Assembly: GCA_000175855.1 (NCBI GenBank)
Contig: ACYB01000029.1
Location: 30,001-62,000, forward strand
DNA from: Raphidiopsis brookii D9
GTDB taxonomy: Bacteria > Cyanobacteriota > Cyanobacteriia > Cyanobacteriales > Nostocaceae
Length of the DNA stretch: 32,000 nt
Reading direction: 5' to 3'
The translations under genes and the position numbers were made by a program. Shown here in pieces: positions 9,836 through 18,828 of the stretch; position 1 is the first letter of the stretch; the number at the start of each line of letters is the position of its first letter. The notes under the pieces were generated by a model. That model did no database searches, was not told the DNA's origin, and saw only the letters and a program-made list of their open reading frames with translations.

Positions 9836-10624
9836 ATGATAAACAACCCGGAAAATAGTCCTAAAGACAACTCCAGAAATAATTACCTACTAGAAGTAGA
9901 AAACGTCCACGCGGGATACATTAAGGATGTGGATATTTTGCAAGGGATTAATTTTCGGGTTGGTTATGGAGAGTTGGTCACTGTCATTGGTCCTAATGGT
10001 GCAGGGAAATCTACCTTGGCTAAAACCATTTTTGGACTTTTGACACCTCACACGGGTACCATCACCTTTGGGGGAGAAAAAATCAACGGGTTAAAATGTG
10101 ATCAAATCGTTAAGAAGGGTATGTGTTATGTACCCCAAATAGCTAACGTTTTCCCCTCATTAACCATAGAAGAAAATTTGGAAATGGGCGCTTTTGTCAG
10201 AAATATTCCCTTAAAACCCTTGAAAGATAAAATCTTCACCATGTTTCCTAGACTGGGCGATCGCCGTTTGCAACGTGCTGGAACTCTATCCGGTGGAGAA
10301 AGGCAAATGTTAGCTATGGGTAAAGCTTTAATGTTAGAACCGAGACTATTATTATTGGATGAACCGTCAGCAGCTTTATCTCCCATTTTAGTCACCCAGG
10401 TCTTTGAGCAGATTAAACAAATTAATCAGGGGGGAACAGCCATAGTCTTAGTAGAGCAAAATGCCCGGAAAGCACTAGAATTGGCTCATACAGGATATGT
10501 ACTAGTCTCTGGAAAAGATGAGATTTCTGGATCAGGTCAGGAATTACTTCAAGATCCCAAAGTAGGAGAATTATACCTGGGTGCAGGTGAGAAGACAGTA
10601 GACATTAAACCCGAGCTAAAGTAA
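9836..10624 (+). CDS. Branched-chain/neutral amino-acid ABC transporter ATP-binding protein (LivF/BraG/NatE-like)
   Basis: Walker A GPNGAGKST, signature LSGGERQ, Walker B LLLLDEPS and a LivF-type C-terminus DPKVGELYLG. It stands alone with no permease nearby, as reported for natE in Anabaena. Confidence 0.85.
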   Translation: MINNPENSPKDNSRNNYLLEVENVHAGYIKDVDILQGINFRVGYGELVTVIGPNGAGKSTLAKTIFGLLTPHTGTITFGGEKINGLKCDQIVKKGMCYVPQIANVFPSLTIEENLEMGAFVRNIPLKPLKDKIFTMFPRLGDRRLQRAGTLSGGERQMLAMGKALMLEPRLLLLDEPSAALSPILVTQVFEQIKQINQGGTAIVLVEQNARKALELAHTGYVLVSGKDEISGSGQELLQDPKVGELYLGAGEKTVDIKPELK

Positions 10625-11202
10625 CTCTCTCTGGCTGATCTTGATATTTACCACCTCTGTCCGCGTATGTGGTTTGACAAGGTTCGCCTTCTAAAAACAA
10701 TAACTGTACAACTCCCTCATTAGCATAAATCCTACAGTCAGCACTTGAGGAGTTACTAAATTCTAGGGTTAATGACCCATTCCAGGATGCTTCAGCAGGA
10801 GTAACATTGGCTACTAGACCCACGCGAGCATAAGTGCTTTTGCCTAAACAAATTGCCGTAACATTGGCAGGCATAGATAGTTTCTCCAGGGCCACTCCCA
10901 ATCCGTAGGAATGGGCGGGAATGATAAAAAAAGTCTCCATCTTCATCCCCGTGTAAAGGCACAGACTCTAAATTATTTGGGTTGAACCTTTTGGGATTAA
11001 CTACAGTACCGGGTATATGTCTAAACACCAAAAATTCCTGGGGAGATAATCTGATATCATAACCATAAGAGGATAAACCATAGCTTAAAGCTGGCACTTT
11101 TATGCCAGAGGTGAGCATGACGGTACGAACCAAGCTAGGTTCAAAGGGTTGAATCATACCCCTCTTTGCTTGTTCAATAATCCACTTATCATTTTTGATC
11201 AT
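10605..11202 (-). pseudogene. dcd: dCTP deaminase interrupted by a +1 base in an A7 (T7 on the coding strand) run at 10926-10932
   Basis: Two overlapping track ORFs carry the two halves. The first is MIKNDKWIIEQAKRGMIQPFEP...YGYDIRL...LHGDEDGDFF. In the next frame comes (F)IIPAHSYGLGVALE...GKSTYARVGL...LEFSN...IYANEGVVQLLF...GKYQDQ. Removing one A restores a 198-aa protein. Confidence 0.8.
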
Positions 11203-11251
11203 TTCCGACTTAACCTTGTGTTTAAAAATGCCCACCGTAGGGGAGAAAAGG

Positions 11252-11324
11252 CGAGCGCGGCAGGGTTCGAACCTGCGACCAATTGCTTAGAAGGCAATTG
11301 CTCTATCCACTGAGCTACGCGCCC
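11252..11324 (-). tRNA. tRNA-Arg (anticodon TCT), 73 nt
   Basis: The reverse complement GGGCGCGTAGCTCAGTGGATAGAGCAATTGCCTTCTAAGCAATTGGTCGCAGGTTCGAACCCTGCCGCGCTCG folds as a cloverleaf. The anticodon stem is ATTGC/GCAAT with loop CTTCTAA. Confidence 0.92.
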
Positions 11325-11792
11325 AATTTTACCACCTGTAAATTCTCACGCCTATCCCCAGATTCAATACATTTCCTGTGTTGATCGTGGAAGATTGATT
11401 TTTTAGGCGTTCGTGTTTGGCGGAGTCTCAAATACCGTACAATTCTACAATAGACAGAAATTGTGGGAATGTCAACCTTTTGCCCAAAAATTAAAACTGT
11501 GCCTTTAGATTTGTACAAGGTTCAAAGCTAGAGCTATAAATCAAAATCTGACTGTAGCTTGTCAATGGTTCCCCAATCTCGATATACTAGACAGATGGCG
11601 AGTTAATCATTATAAGTTAGTGCTTAAATGTGACTAATCTCGTGATTCTAAAGCTCCTACTAATTCTAGTTAACTTGGTAACAGACTAAGGGAGAATAAG
11701 AAGTTTAAATTTCCTGATAATTGCTGATAGGGATGTAAATGGTACATAAAAGTTCAATTTAGTGCCTTACAGACAAATAAAGTTAACAAATT

Positions 11793-12803
11793 TTGGTGTC
11801 TACCGTGAGAAAACTAACAGATTCAGACAAGACTGAAATTCTCAAACTCTATAGAGAAACCGCCGAAACTACCTCAACTTTGGCAGAACGCTATGGAGTG
11901 AGTAACTCCACCATTAGCCGTCTGCTTAAAGGTATTTTACCGGAAGAAGACTATGAGTATCTAGTTTCCCTCAAGCGCGCTGCTAGGACTCCGGAAGGTA
12001 GGGCCCTGGTGAGCTATGAACAACTACCCCTACTGGGTCAATCTGGTCAATCCCAGGAGGATGAGATTGTAGCTACCCAAACTCCGGTGGAGAACTTAGA
12101 ACCTCCCAAGGTTGAGGTAACCAGAGTTGATACACCCCAGATGGAAGTGTCCAAACCTGTAACAAAGGAGATTGGAGATGATGTAGATATTCAAGCTACA
12201 CCCATTCCTGCTCCCATCATTAGAAGAGTGAAAACACGCTCCTCTGCAACGGACAAGCCTCCCTTCCCAGTCTCTCCAGACCTGGAACCAATCAAAGACC
12301 AACCTACAATCCTGGAAGAAACCGATTCTCAAGCTAGTATCATTGCTAATATGTTTGGTGATGATTTGCTCGACGAGTCCGAGGATTTGGATGATTTAGA
12401 TGATGATTTATATGAAGACGAGGAGGATTTTGAAGAAGAGGAGTTTGAAAGATCCACACCTTTTGTAACCAGACCTAGGGCAGGAGATGGCTCTGTTCAA
12501 ATTTTGCCACTTTCAGTTGCAGCACTACCAAAAACATGCTATTTGGTAATTGATCGCTGTGCAGAATTAATTACCAGACCACTAAAAGACTTTGGTGATT
12601 TAGGCGCTATACCCATTGTAGAAACCCAACAAAGAACCCTGCCAGTGTTTGATAATCATCGAGTGGCTAAACGGTTTTCTACCAAACGCGATCGGGTGAT
12701 TAGAATACCTGATAGTAGGGTGCTGCATAAGACTACTAACCATTTGCAAGCTAAGGGCATTACCCGACTATTAATTGATGGTCAGGTTTACTCTTTGACC
12801 TAG
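11793..12803 (+). CDS. Conserved-looking hypothetical protein: N-terminal helix-turn-helix, long acidic disordered linker, and a roughly 100-aa C-terminal domain
   Basis: 336 aa. The start is TTG at 11793, or GTG at 11796 or 11805. The HTH is TSTLAERYGVSNSTISRLLKG. The acidic tract is DDLLDESEDLDDLDDDLYEDEEDFEEEEFE. I do not recognise a family for the C-terminal domain. Confidence 0.65.
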   Translation: MVSTVRKLTDSDKTEILKLYRETAETTSTLAERYGVSNSTISRLLKGILPEEDYEYLVSLKRAARTPEGRALVSYEQLPLLGQSGQSQEDEIVATQTPVENLEPPKVEVTRVDTPQMEVSKPVTKEIGDDVDIQATPIPAPIIRRVKTRSSATDKPPFPVSPDLEPIKDQPTILEETDSQASIIANMFGDDLLDESEDLDDLDDDLYEDEEDFEEEEFERSTPFVTRPRAGDGSVQILPLSVAALPKTCYLVIDRCAELITRPLKDFGDLGAIPIVETQQRTLPVFDNHRVAKRFSTKRDRVIRIPDSRVLHKTTNHLQAKGITRLLIDGQVYSLT

Positions 12804-12805
12804 GT

Positions 12806-12835
12806 TAACATAGTATTATCTAACATAGTATTATC
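12806..12835. repeat. Perfect tandem duplication, 2 x 15 bp (TAACATAGTATTATC)
   Basis: Read directly at 12806-12820 and 12821-12835, starting 3 nt after the stop of the HTH gene. Confidence 0.95.
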
Positions 12836-13145
12836 AATGGTGTACTTGAAACCACACGTCGGTCACGGGAGCTGCGAGGTTATGCGCCACGCAAAACCAA
12901 CAGCAACCTCCTGGTGGTCTTTCGTTCTCAATTAGGTAACGCCGCTTTTTCTTCTTAAATACTTGCCATGTTCACCAGAGGAATGTACAATACCCTAAAT
13001 ATTCAGTTACATTTATTGAATGACCATTATTACATATATGTACTTAGAGTGTTAACAATCAGGAGCAATTCTGAATACTCATAACTCCATACAACTGATA
13101 CCTAATTAGCGTACTACTAACACTACTCACAATTGTGCCACTGTA

Positions 13146-15071
13146 ATGATTAACTCTGCATCTTCCTCGATTAGCGATCGCAAGCCTTCTAAAGTGGAAG
13201 GCATCAAAGAGAAAAGTAACTTTCTTAGGGAACCCCTAGCCACGGAAATCCTTGAGGATACGACCCATTTTACCGAAGACGCAATACAAATTCTCAAGTT
13301 TCACGGTTCTTACCAACAGGATAATAGGGATAACCGGGTCAAAGGACAGGAGAAAGACTATCAGATGATGCTGCGGACAAAAAATCCTGGTGGTTTAGTT
13401 CCGCCTCAGCTGTACCTAGCCTTAGATAAATTAGCTGATGAATATGGTAACCATACACTAAGAGCCACTACTCGTCAAGGTTTTCAAATTCATGGTGTGT
13501 TAAAAAGGAACTTGAGAACTGTAATTGGAACCATCATCGAAAATCTTGGCTCGACCTTGGGAGCTTGTGGAGATATTAACCGTAATGTGATGGCCCCTCC
13601 CGCACCTTGGAAAAACCGTCCAGAATACCAATATGCTTGGGAATATGCCCAAAACGTTGCGGATTTACTGTCTCCTCAAACGGGAGCTTATTATGAGATT
13701 TGGTTAGATGGGGAAAAAGCCATCACAGCCCAGGAACATCCAGAAGTAAAAGCAGCAAGGCAAAAAAATGGCACTGGGACTATTTTTCATGACTCCGTAG
13801 AGCCCATTTATGGCACCCATTATATGCCACGCAAATTCAAGGTTTGCGTCACCGTACCTGGGGATAATTCCGTAGATTTGTATTCCCAGGATTTAACCTT
13901 AGTAGTAATTACTAATGACCAAGGTGAACTAGAGGGTTTTAACGTCCTTGCTGGTGGTGGTTTAGGAAGAACCCATAACAAGGAAGAAACTTTTGCTCGG
14001 TTAGCAGATGCTATTGGCTATGTAGATAAAAAAGATGTCTATGAGCTTGTGAAAGCAATTGTTGCCACCCAAAGAGATTATGGCGATCGCACGGACAGAA
14101 AACATGCCAGGTTAAAGTATCTCATACACGACTGGGGAGTAGATAGATTCCGGGCAAAAGTAGAAGAGTACTTTGGTAAAGCTATTCAACCCTTTAAAGA
14201 ATTACCAAAATTCAAATATCAAGATTTTCTGGGATGGAATGAGCAAGGGGATGGTAAACTGTTTTTGGGGATTTCTATAGACAATGGTCGGGTAAAAGAT
14301 GAAGGGGAATTTCAACTAAAAACTGCTTTGCGGACCATAGTTGAACAGTTTGACCTACCCATGCGTCTTACCCCCAACCAGAACCTAATTTTCTATGACA
14401 TTGTCCCCAAAGATCGGCAAACCATTCAAAGCATTTTAGAAAGATGTGGGGTAGTTACCAATCCCCAAACCATTCCTGCGCTGACTCGCTATGCCATGGC
14501 TTGTCCAGCTTTACCCACCTGTGGTTTAGCTATTACCGAATCAGAAAGAGCAATACCTGGAATATTAGAGCGGATTCGCGCCTTACTGGATAAGGTAGGT
14601 CTGCAAAAAGAACATTTTGTGGTCAGGATGACCGGTTGTCCCAATGGGTGCGCTCGTCCCTACATGGCCGAATTAGGGTTTGTGGGGAGCGCTCCAGAAT
14701 CCTATCAGGTGTGGTTAGGGGGTTCCCCGGATCAAACCAGATTAGCACAACCAATAATTGAGAAATTGCACCACAATAATCTTGAGAGCTTTTTAGAACC
14801 GATCTTTGTCTTTTTCAAGAAGTCCCGTAAAGCGCAGGAGAGTTTTGGTGATTTTTGTGATAGAGTTGGTTTTGATGCCATTCACCATTTTTCATCTAAT
14901 TACAAGCCAGAAGAAGTCGTTGGCAGTAGTAAATACCGACATCGGGTAAGTTTGCGGGATGACATTTACTTACAACTCAAGCAAAGTTCAGAGAGAGTAA
15001 ATAAACCCATGACTCAATTAGCCAATGAAGCTTTGGCTATGTATTTGGCACAGTTGCAGTTGGACTTATAG
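13146..15071 (+). CDS. sir: Ferredoxin-dependent sulfite reductase (siroheme/[4Fe-4S])
   Basis: 641 aa. The N-terminus KSNFLREPL...[13 protein letters not shown] and the cluster/siroheme motifs [10 protein letters not shown] and [19 protein letters not shown] are present. The length fits Sir rather than NirA. Confidence 0.9.
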   Translation: MINSASSSISDRKPSKVEGIKEKSNFLREPLATEILEDTTHFTEDAIQILKFHGSYQQDNRDNRVKGQEKDYQMMLRTKNPGGLVPPQLYLALDKLADEYGNHTLRATTRQGFQIHGVLKRNLRTVIGTIIENLGSTLGACGDINRNVMAPPAPWKNRPEYQYAWEYAQNVADLLSPQTGAYYEIWLDGEKAITAQEHPEVKAARQKNGTGTIFHDSVEPIYGTHYMPRKFKVCVTVPGDNSVDLYSQDLTLVVITNDQGELEGFNVLAGGGLGRTHNKEETFARLADAIGYVDKKDVYELVKAIVATQRDYGDRTDRKHARLKYLIHDWGVDRFRAKVEEYFGKAIQPFKELPKFKYQDFLGWNEQGDGKLFLGISIDNGRVKDEGEFQLKTALRTIVEQFDLPMRLTPNQNLIFYDIVPKDRQTIQSILERCGVVTNPQTIPALTRYAMACPALPTCGLAITESERAIPGILERIRALLDKVGLQKEHFVVRMTGCPNGCARPYMAELGFVGSAPESYQVWLGGSPDQTRLAQPIIEKLHHNNLESFLEPIFVFFKKSRKAQESFGDFCDRVGFDAIHHFSSNYKPEEVVGSSKYRHRVSLRDDIYLQLKQSSERVNKPMTQLANEALAMYLAQLQLDL

Positions 15072-15107
15072 TACCTGAACCTCCAAAGACAAAATTGCTG
15101 GAGCCTT

Positions 15108-15134
15108 GATCCGGGGAATTGAATTCCCCGGATC
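15108..15134. terminator. Perfect palindrome GATCCGGGGAATT-G-AATTCCCCGGATC between convergent sir and the porin gene (candidate bidirectional terminator)
   Basis: The 13-bp arms were read directly. It sits in the 78-nt gap between two convergent stops. No strong U-tract follows on either side. Confidence 0.55.
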
Positions 15135-15149
15135 CCTCCTGATAGTTGG

Positions 15150-16769
15150 TTAGAAACTAAAGGTAGTTCTCAATGCACCAATGATAACACTGTCATTTTG
15201 CTTGTTGTGATTTGGTGCAGTCAACCAAATCAGACCAGGAGTGATAGTGATATTGTCATTAACCTTAAACTGATAGAAACCCTCCAGGTGAAGGGAAGTA
15301 TTTGTGTCTTTAAATGCAGACAAAGTGGTGCTTGCACTTGTGACTTTTGGCTGCATACCAACTATTAAGCCACCCAAATTGCCTTTTTTCCACAGGTCTG
15401 GAAATGCCAGGTTAACAGCATAGTTCCAAATATCCACATCTCCTTTCACACCCGTTAATAATAATAACTGACTCTTGGTATATCCCAGCCAACCTTCTAG
15501 ACGTAGTTGGGGGGTAACACCCAGGGATGCTTGTAGTCCGTAGGAATTGCTGGAATATTTGCTACCATCAAATTGGCTACCAGTAAACGTAGCATTGTTA
15601 CTACCCGTAGCAAGGGCTAAATCGTAGGAATTGATGTAGGTCAGTCCCAGAGTAATACGCTCACTTGGTTTAACAGTTAACTGAGCTAAAGCTCCGTAGG
15701 GTCCCTTAAACAAACCACTATCAGAAGCAGGACTAGCAGCAGTACTGCTGGGATCCATACGTCCACCCAAATAGCCCAAACTCAAGGTTACATTTTTATT
15801 AAACTCGTGATTTATACCCAAACCGGAAGCACCCAACTGGGAGTAAATGGGGTTGCGCGTACCAAAGGTGGATAAAGCACCAAAAGCACCATCCCCATTA
15901 AAACTAGTAATAGTGCTAGTTAAGTCCTCTGCTGCACCATCGTTAGCAACAGCTATGACCTGGGTTCTGTCCCCTATAGGGAACTTGTATGACAGCGCTG
16001 TCACTGAAAGAGCTGTATTGTTTCCACCACCAGAGTATAAGCCCGATTCTTTGGTTCCTACAATAGGAACAGCCTTACTAGAATCTGTGGGATCCGTAAT
16101 GTCATTACTAATATTATTACTTTGAAGTCTGGTAAACAGGGTATCTTTACCTGTAAAACTGGTAACCAGCTCTAATCTTGTCCGCGCTCCCAGGGTGGCA
16201 TTGCTATCCAGCGTTTTCGCTTCGACAACTTTCTTCGCAGAAATATCACGGATAACAGCCACTACCTGACCTTGCAATTTTGTGGTTGTGGAAAATTGGG
16301 TTGCTTCCAATCGGGTAGTTTTAGCCTCTAATGTATCTACACGGCGCTTGAAAGTTTCCAGTTCCGGACCAAACTGTTTTTGCAGTCTCTCTATGTTGGC
16401 AATGTCCTGTTTAGTTACCTGGTCAGCAGTAGCACTACTAATTAACTCATTAATACGGTCCAAACAAGCACTTAGCGCGGCGGCAAATTCAAATCTGGTC
16501 AATGTTCGATTACCACGAAACTTGCCATCGGGATAACCACCTACACAACCATAACGCTCAATTAATGACTGTATTGCTTGAAATGCCCAATCCCCCGGTT
16601 GCACGTCTGATAGCTGGGACACGGATGTCATTTGGGATATGTAGTTTGGGTCAGATACCTGTAGAGATGATTCTGTTTTTGACACATCCTCAGCTAAAGC
16701 ACTGCCACCCATAGAAATGGCATAGCCAAGTACAGAACTTGTTAGCAGATACAACAGAAATTTTTGCAT
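15150..16769 (-). CDS. Outer-membrane porin with N-terminal SLH domain, coiled coil and OprB-like beta-barrel (often named 'iron uptake porin' in cyanobacteria)
   Basis: 539 aa with signal peptide MQKFLLYLLTSSVLGYAISMGGSALA. The SLH motif is DVQPGDWAFQAIQSLIERYGCVGGYPDGKFRGNRTLTRFEFAA. The C-terminal part is Gly/Ser/Thr-rich with alternating residues and ends in ...TTFSF. Confidence 0.85.
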   Translation of the reverse strand: MQKFLLYLLTSSVLGYAISMGGSALAEDVSKTESSLQVSDPNYISQMTSVSQLSDVQPGDWAFQAIQSLIERYGCVGGYPDGKFRGNRTLTRFEFAAALSACLDRINELISSATADQVTKQDIANIERLQKQFGPELETFKRRVDTLEAKTTRLEATQFSTTTKLQGQVVAVIRDISAKKVVEAKTLDSNATLGARTRLELVTSFTGKDTLFTRLQSNNISNDITDPTDSSKAVPIVGTKESGLYSGGGNNTALSVTALSYKFPIGDRTQVIAVANDGAAEDLTSTITSFNGDGAFGALSTFGTRNPIYSQLGASGLGINHEFNKNVTLSLGYLGGRMDPSSTAASPASDSGLFKGPYGALAQLTVKPSERITLGLTYINSYDLALATGSNNATFTGSQFDGSKYSSNSYGLQASLGVTPQLRLEGWLGYTKSQLLLLTGVKGDVDIWNYAVNLAFPDLWKKGNLGGLIVGMQPKVTSASTTLSAFKDTNTSLHLEGFYQFKVNDNITITPGLIWLTAPNHNKQNDSVIIGALRTTFSF

Positions 16770-16987
16770 GGTTCCCTCACACCTCTTTATAATTAGCGTC
16801 CTTACCCACTAATGGGTAAATCCAAACACTTTCCTACTCACCTTAACACCAAGCAAACATTTTTTTTAACCTCAAGTTAACAAACCCTGATTTATTTCCC
16901 ACTTAATCGTGGTGGTATCCATAGCTCCCATAAGAATATTGCTTCGCCTCCACTCCCTTTTGCGTGATTTCCCATTGCCTATTGCAT

Positions 16988-17006
16988 GATAATGATAATT
17001 ATTATA
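16988..17006. promoter_or_regulatory. Fur-family (probably Zur) operator, GATAATGATAATTATTATA, overlapping a TATAAT hexamer (17003-17008)
   Basis: 17 of 19 positions match the classical Fur box GATAATGATAATCATTATC. It lies 42 nt upstream of the znuA ATG, in the divergent porin-znuA spacer. Confidence 0.6.
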
Positions 17007-17047
17007 ATATTTCCTTGTAATGTTTTTTAGTATGGTTGGGGGGAAAC

Positions 17048-18043
17048 ATGAAAAATTTTGGACAACCCAGTAGGATTGCCAAAAAGATTCTAGGTTGGTC
17101 GTCTTTTGTCCTATTTCTTTCTTTAATATATGGTTGTGAGCGATCGCAGGTTAATTTGCCAACAGAAAAATCAACGTCAACCGTATCTAGTCCAGCTACT
17201 CAGACTAAAATAGTAGCAACATTTTTACCGGTCTACTTATTCACTAAAGCTATAGTAGGGGATGTAGCCAAAGTAGACGTGTTAGTAAAGCCTGGTACTG
17301 ATATTCATGAATATCAATCTACTCCGGATAATGTTAAAGCGATCGCAACTGCTGATGTACTCGTGAAAAATGGTTTAGGTTTAGAAGAGTTTTTAGAGGG
17401 TACGGTGAAAAATGCTAAAAACCCTAAATTAGTGGAAATTGATGCTAGTAAAGGGATTAGGGTAATGGATGATGGTTCACCGGTAGAGAAAATAAAAGGG
17501 GAGAAACATGACCACAAACATGATCACGCCCAGGGGAATCCCCATGTATGGTTGGATCCGGTATTAGCCAAACAGCAAGTGATTAATATTAGGGATGGTT
17601 TAATTGCAGCTGATGGGCAAAACAAACAGACCTATGAAACTAATGCAGCAACTTATATTCAGGAACTAGATAATCTAAATAGGGAGTTTCAGCAAACTCT
17701 TGATAAAACACCCAACTGTACTTTCATTACTTTTCACGATGCTTTCCCTTATATGGCCAAACGTTATAATCTAAAACAGGTTGCGGTGGTAGAGTTACCA
17801 GAGGATAAACTTGCACCAGGAGATATACAAGCGGTAATTAACACGGTGAGAAAGTACAAAGTTAAAGTTTTATTTAGCGAAGCAGGAATAGATAATAAAC
17901 TACTTACCAGTCTTGCTCAAGATTTGAATCTAACCTTATATTCCCTCAATTCATTAGAAACAGGAGAGAGAAATCCCCAGTATTATTTTCAAGCCATGAG
18001 AGACAATTTAAAAAGTTTAGCAACAGGATGTCAAAAACAATAA
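17048..18043 (+). CDS. znuA: Zinc ABC transporter substrate-binding lipoprotein (ZnuA/TroA family)
   Basis: The ATG at 17048 follows a G-rich SD; the track's TTG is at 17036. The lipobox is SLIYGC. The His-rich loop GEKHDHKHDHAQGNPHVWLDP is typical of ZnuA rather than MntC. Confidence 0.85.
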   Translation: MKNFGQPSRIAKKILGWSSFVLFLSLIYGCERSQVNLPTEKSTSTVSSPATQTKIVATFLPVYLFTKAIVGDVAKVDVLVKPGTDIHEYQSTPDNVKAIATADVLVKNGLGLEEFLEGTVKNAKNPKLVEIDASKGIRVMDDGSPVEKIKGEKHDHKHDHAQGNPHVWLDPVLAKQQVINIRDGLIAADGQNKQTYETNAATYIQELDNLNREFQQTLDKTPNCTFITFHDAFPYMAKRYNLKQVAVVELPEDKLAPGDIQAVINTVRKYKVKVLFSEAGIDNKLLTSLAQDLNLTLYSLNSLETGERNPQYYFQAMRDNLKSLATGCQKQ

Positions 18044-18828
18044 TGAATCAAAATCCGTCAAAGATATTAAAGGTAGAGGGGTTGACCATCTATCAGGGAA
18101 AATATTTGGCTATTAGAGATGTTTCCTTTGAATTGTTTCCGGGGACGGATACAGCTATAGTCGGACCTAATGGTGCTGGTAAAAGTACCCTGGTCAAGGG
18201 AATTTTAGATTTGATTCCCCGCACTGCTGGGAAAATTGAGGTTTTTGGTTTCCCCGTTTCTAGATTGGGGAATTTACGTCAATTACTGGGCTATGTACCA
18301 CAAAACTTTATCTTTGATCGTAGTTTTCCTATTTCCACCAGTGAGTTAGTAGGACTAGGTATTAGTAATAACTCTTCCGTTAATTCGTGGTTATGTAAAC
18401 TGGGGAAATTTCGGCAAATCCGACAACAAGAATCCACAGCTATTAAGGTAGCATTACAGCGTACAAATTCCTATCACTTAAGACACAAACCCCTTGGCAC
18501 ACTCAGTGGTGGTGAATTAAAAAGGGTTTTGTTAGCATATTGTTTAGTAAGTCCGCGAAAACTGCTAGTTCTAGATGAAGCGTTTGCTGGGGTAGATATC
18601 CAAGGAGCAGCGGATTTTTATGCCTTGCTAAATCAGTTGAAACTAGAAGAAGGTTGGACAATATTACAGGTTTCCCATGATATTGACATGGTAAATCGCC
18701 ATTGCGATCGGGTACTGTGCCTAAATCAGACCCTGGTCTGTTCTGGTAAACCAGAAATTGCCCTTTCACCACAAAATCTCTTAGCAACCTATGGACCCGG
18801 TTTCAGTCGTTATCAGCACCATCATTAA
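18028..18828 (+). CDS. znuC: Zinc ABC transporter ATP-binding protein
   Basis: Walker A GPNGAGKST, signature LSGGELKR, Walker B LLVLDEAF. The protein ends in ...RYQHHH. An alternative start is the ATG at 18043, overlapping the znuA stop as TAATG. Confidence 0.85.
   Translation: MSKTIMNQNPSKILKVEGLTIYQGKYLAIRDVSFELFPGTDTAIVGPNGAGKSTLVKGILDLIPRTAGKIEVFGFPVSRLGNLRQLLGYVPQNFIFDRSFPISTSELVGLGISNNSSVNSWLCKLGKFRQIRQQESTAIKVALQRTNSYHLRHKPLGTLSGGELKRVLLAYCLVSPRKLLVLDEAFAGVDIQGAADFYALLNQLKLEEGWTILQVSHDIDMVNRHCDRVLCLNQTLVCSGKPEIALSPQNLLATYGPGFSRYQHHH

Noticed and set aside
11315-11518. 67-aa minus-strand ORF upstream of tRNA-Arg
   Set aside because: It overlaps the 5' end of the tRNA gene. It is highly basic, has no motif and sits in what should be the tRNA promoter region.
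12851-12918. The GC-rich island considered as SRP (4.5S) RNA, 6S RNA or Yfr1
   Set aside because: I could not find the conserved SRP domain IV sequence (GGAA tetraloop / AGCA-type loops), the Yfr1 ACUCCUCACAC motif or a 6S-like extended bulged duplex. It is therefore reported only as an unassigned candidate.
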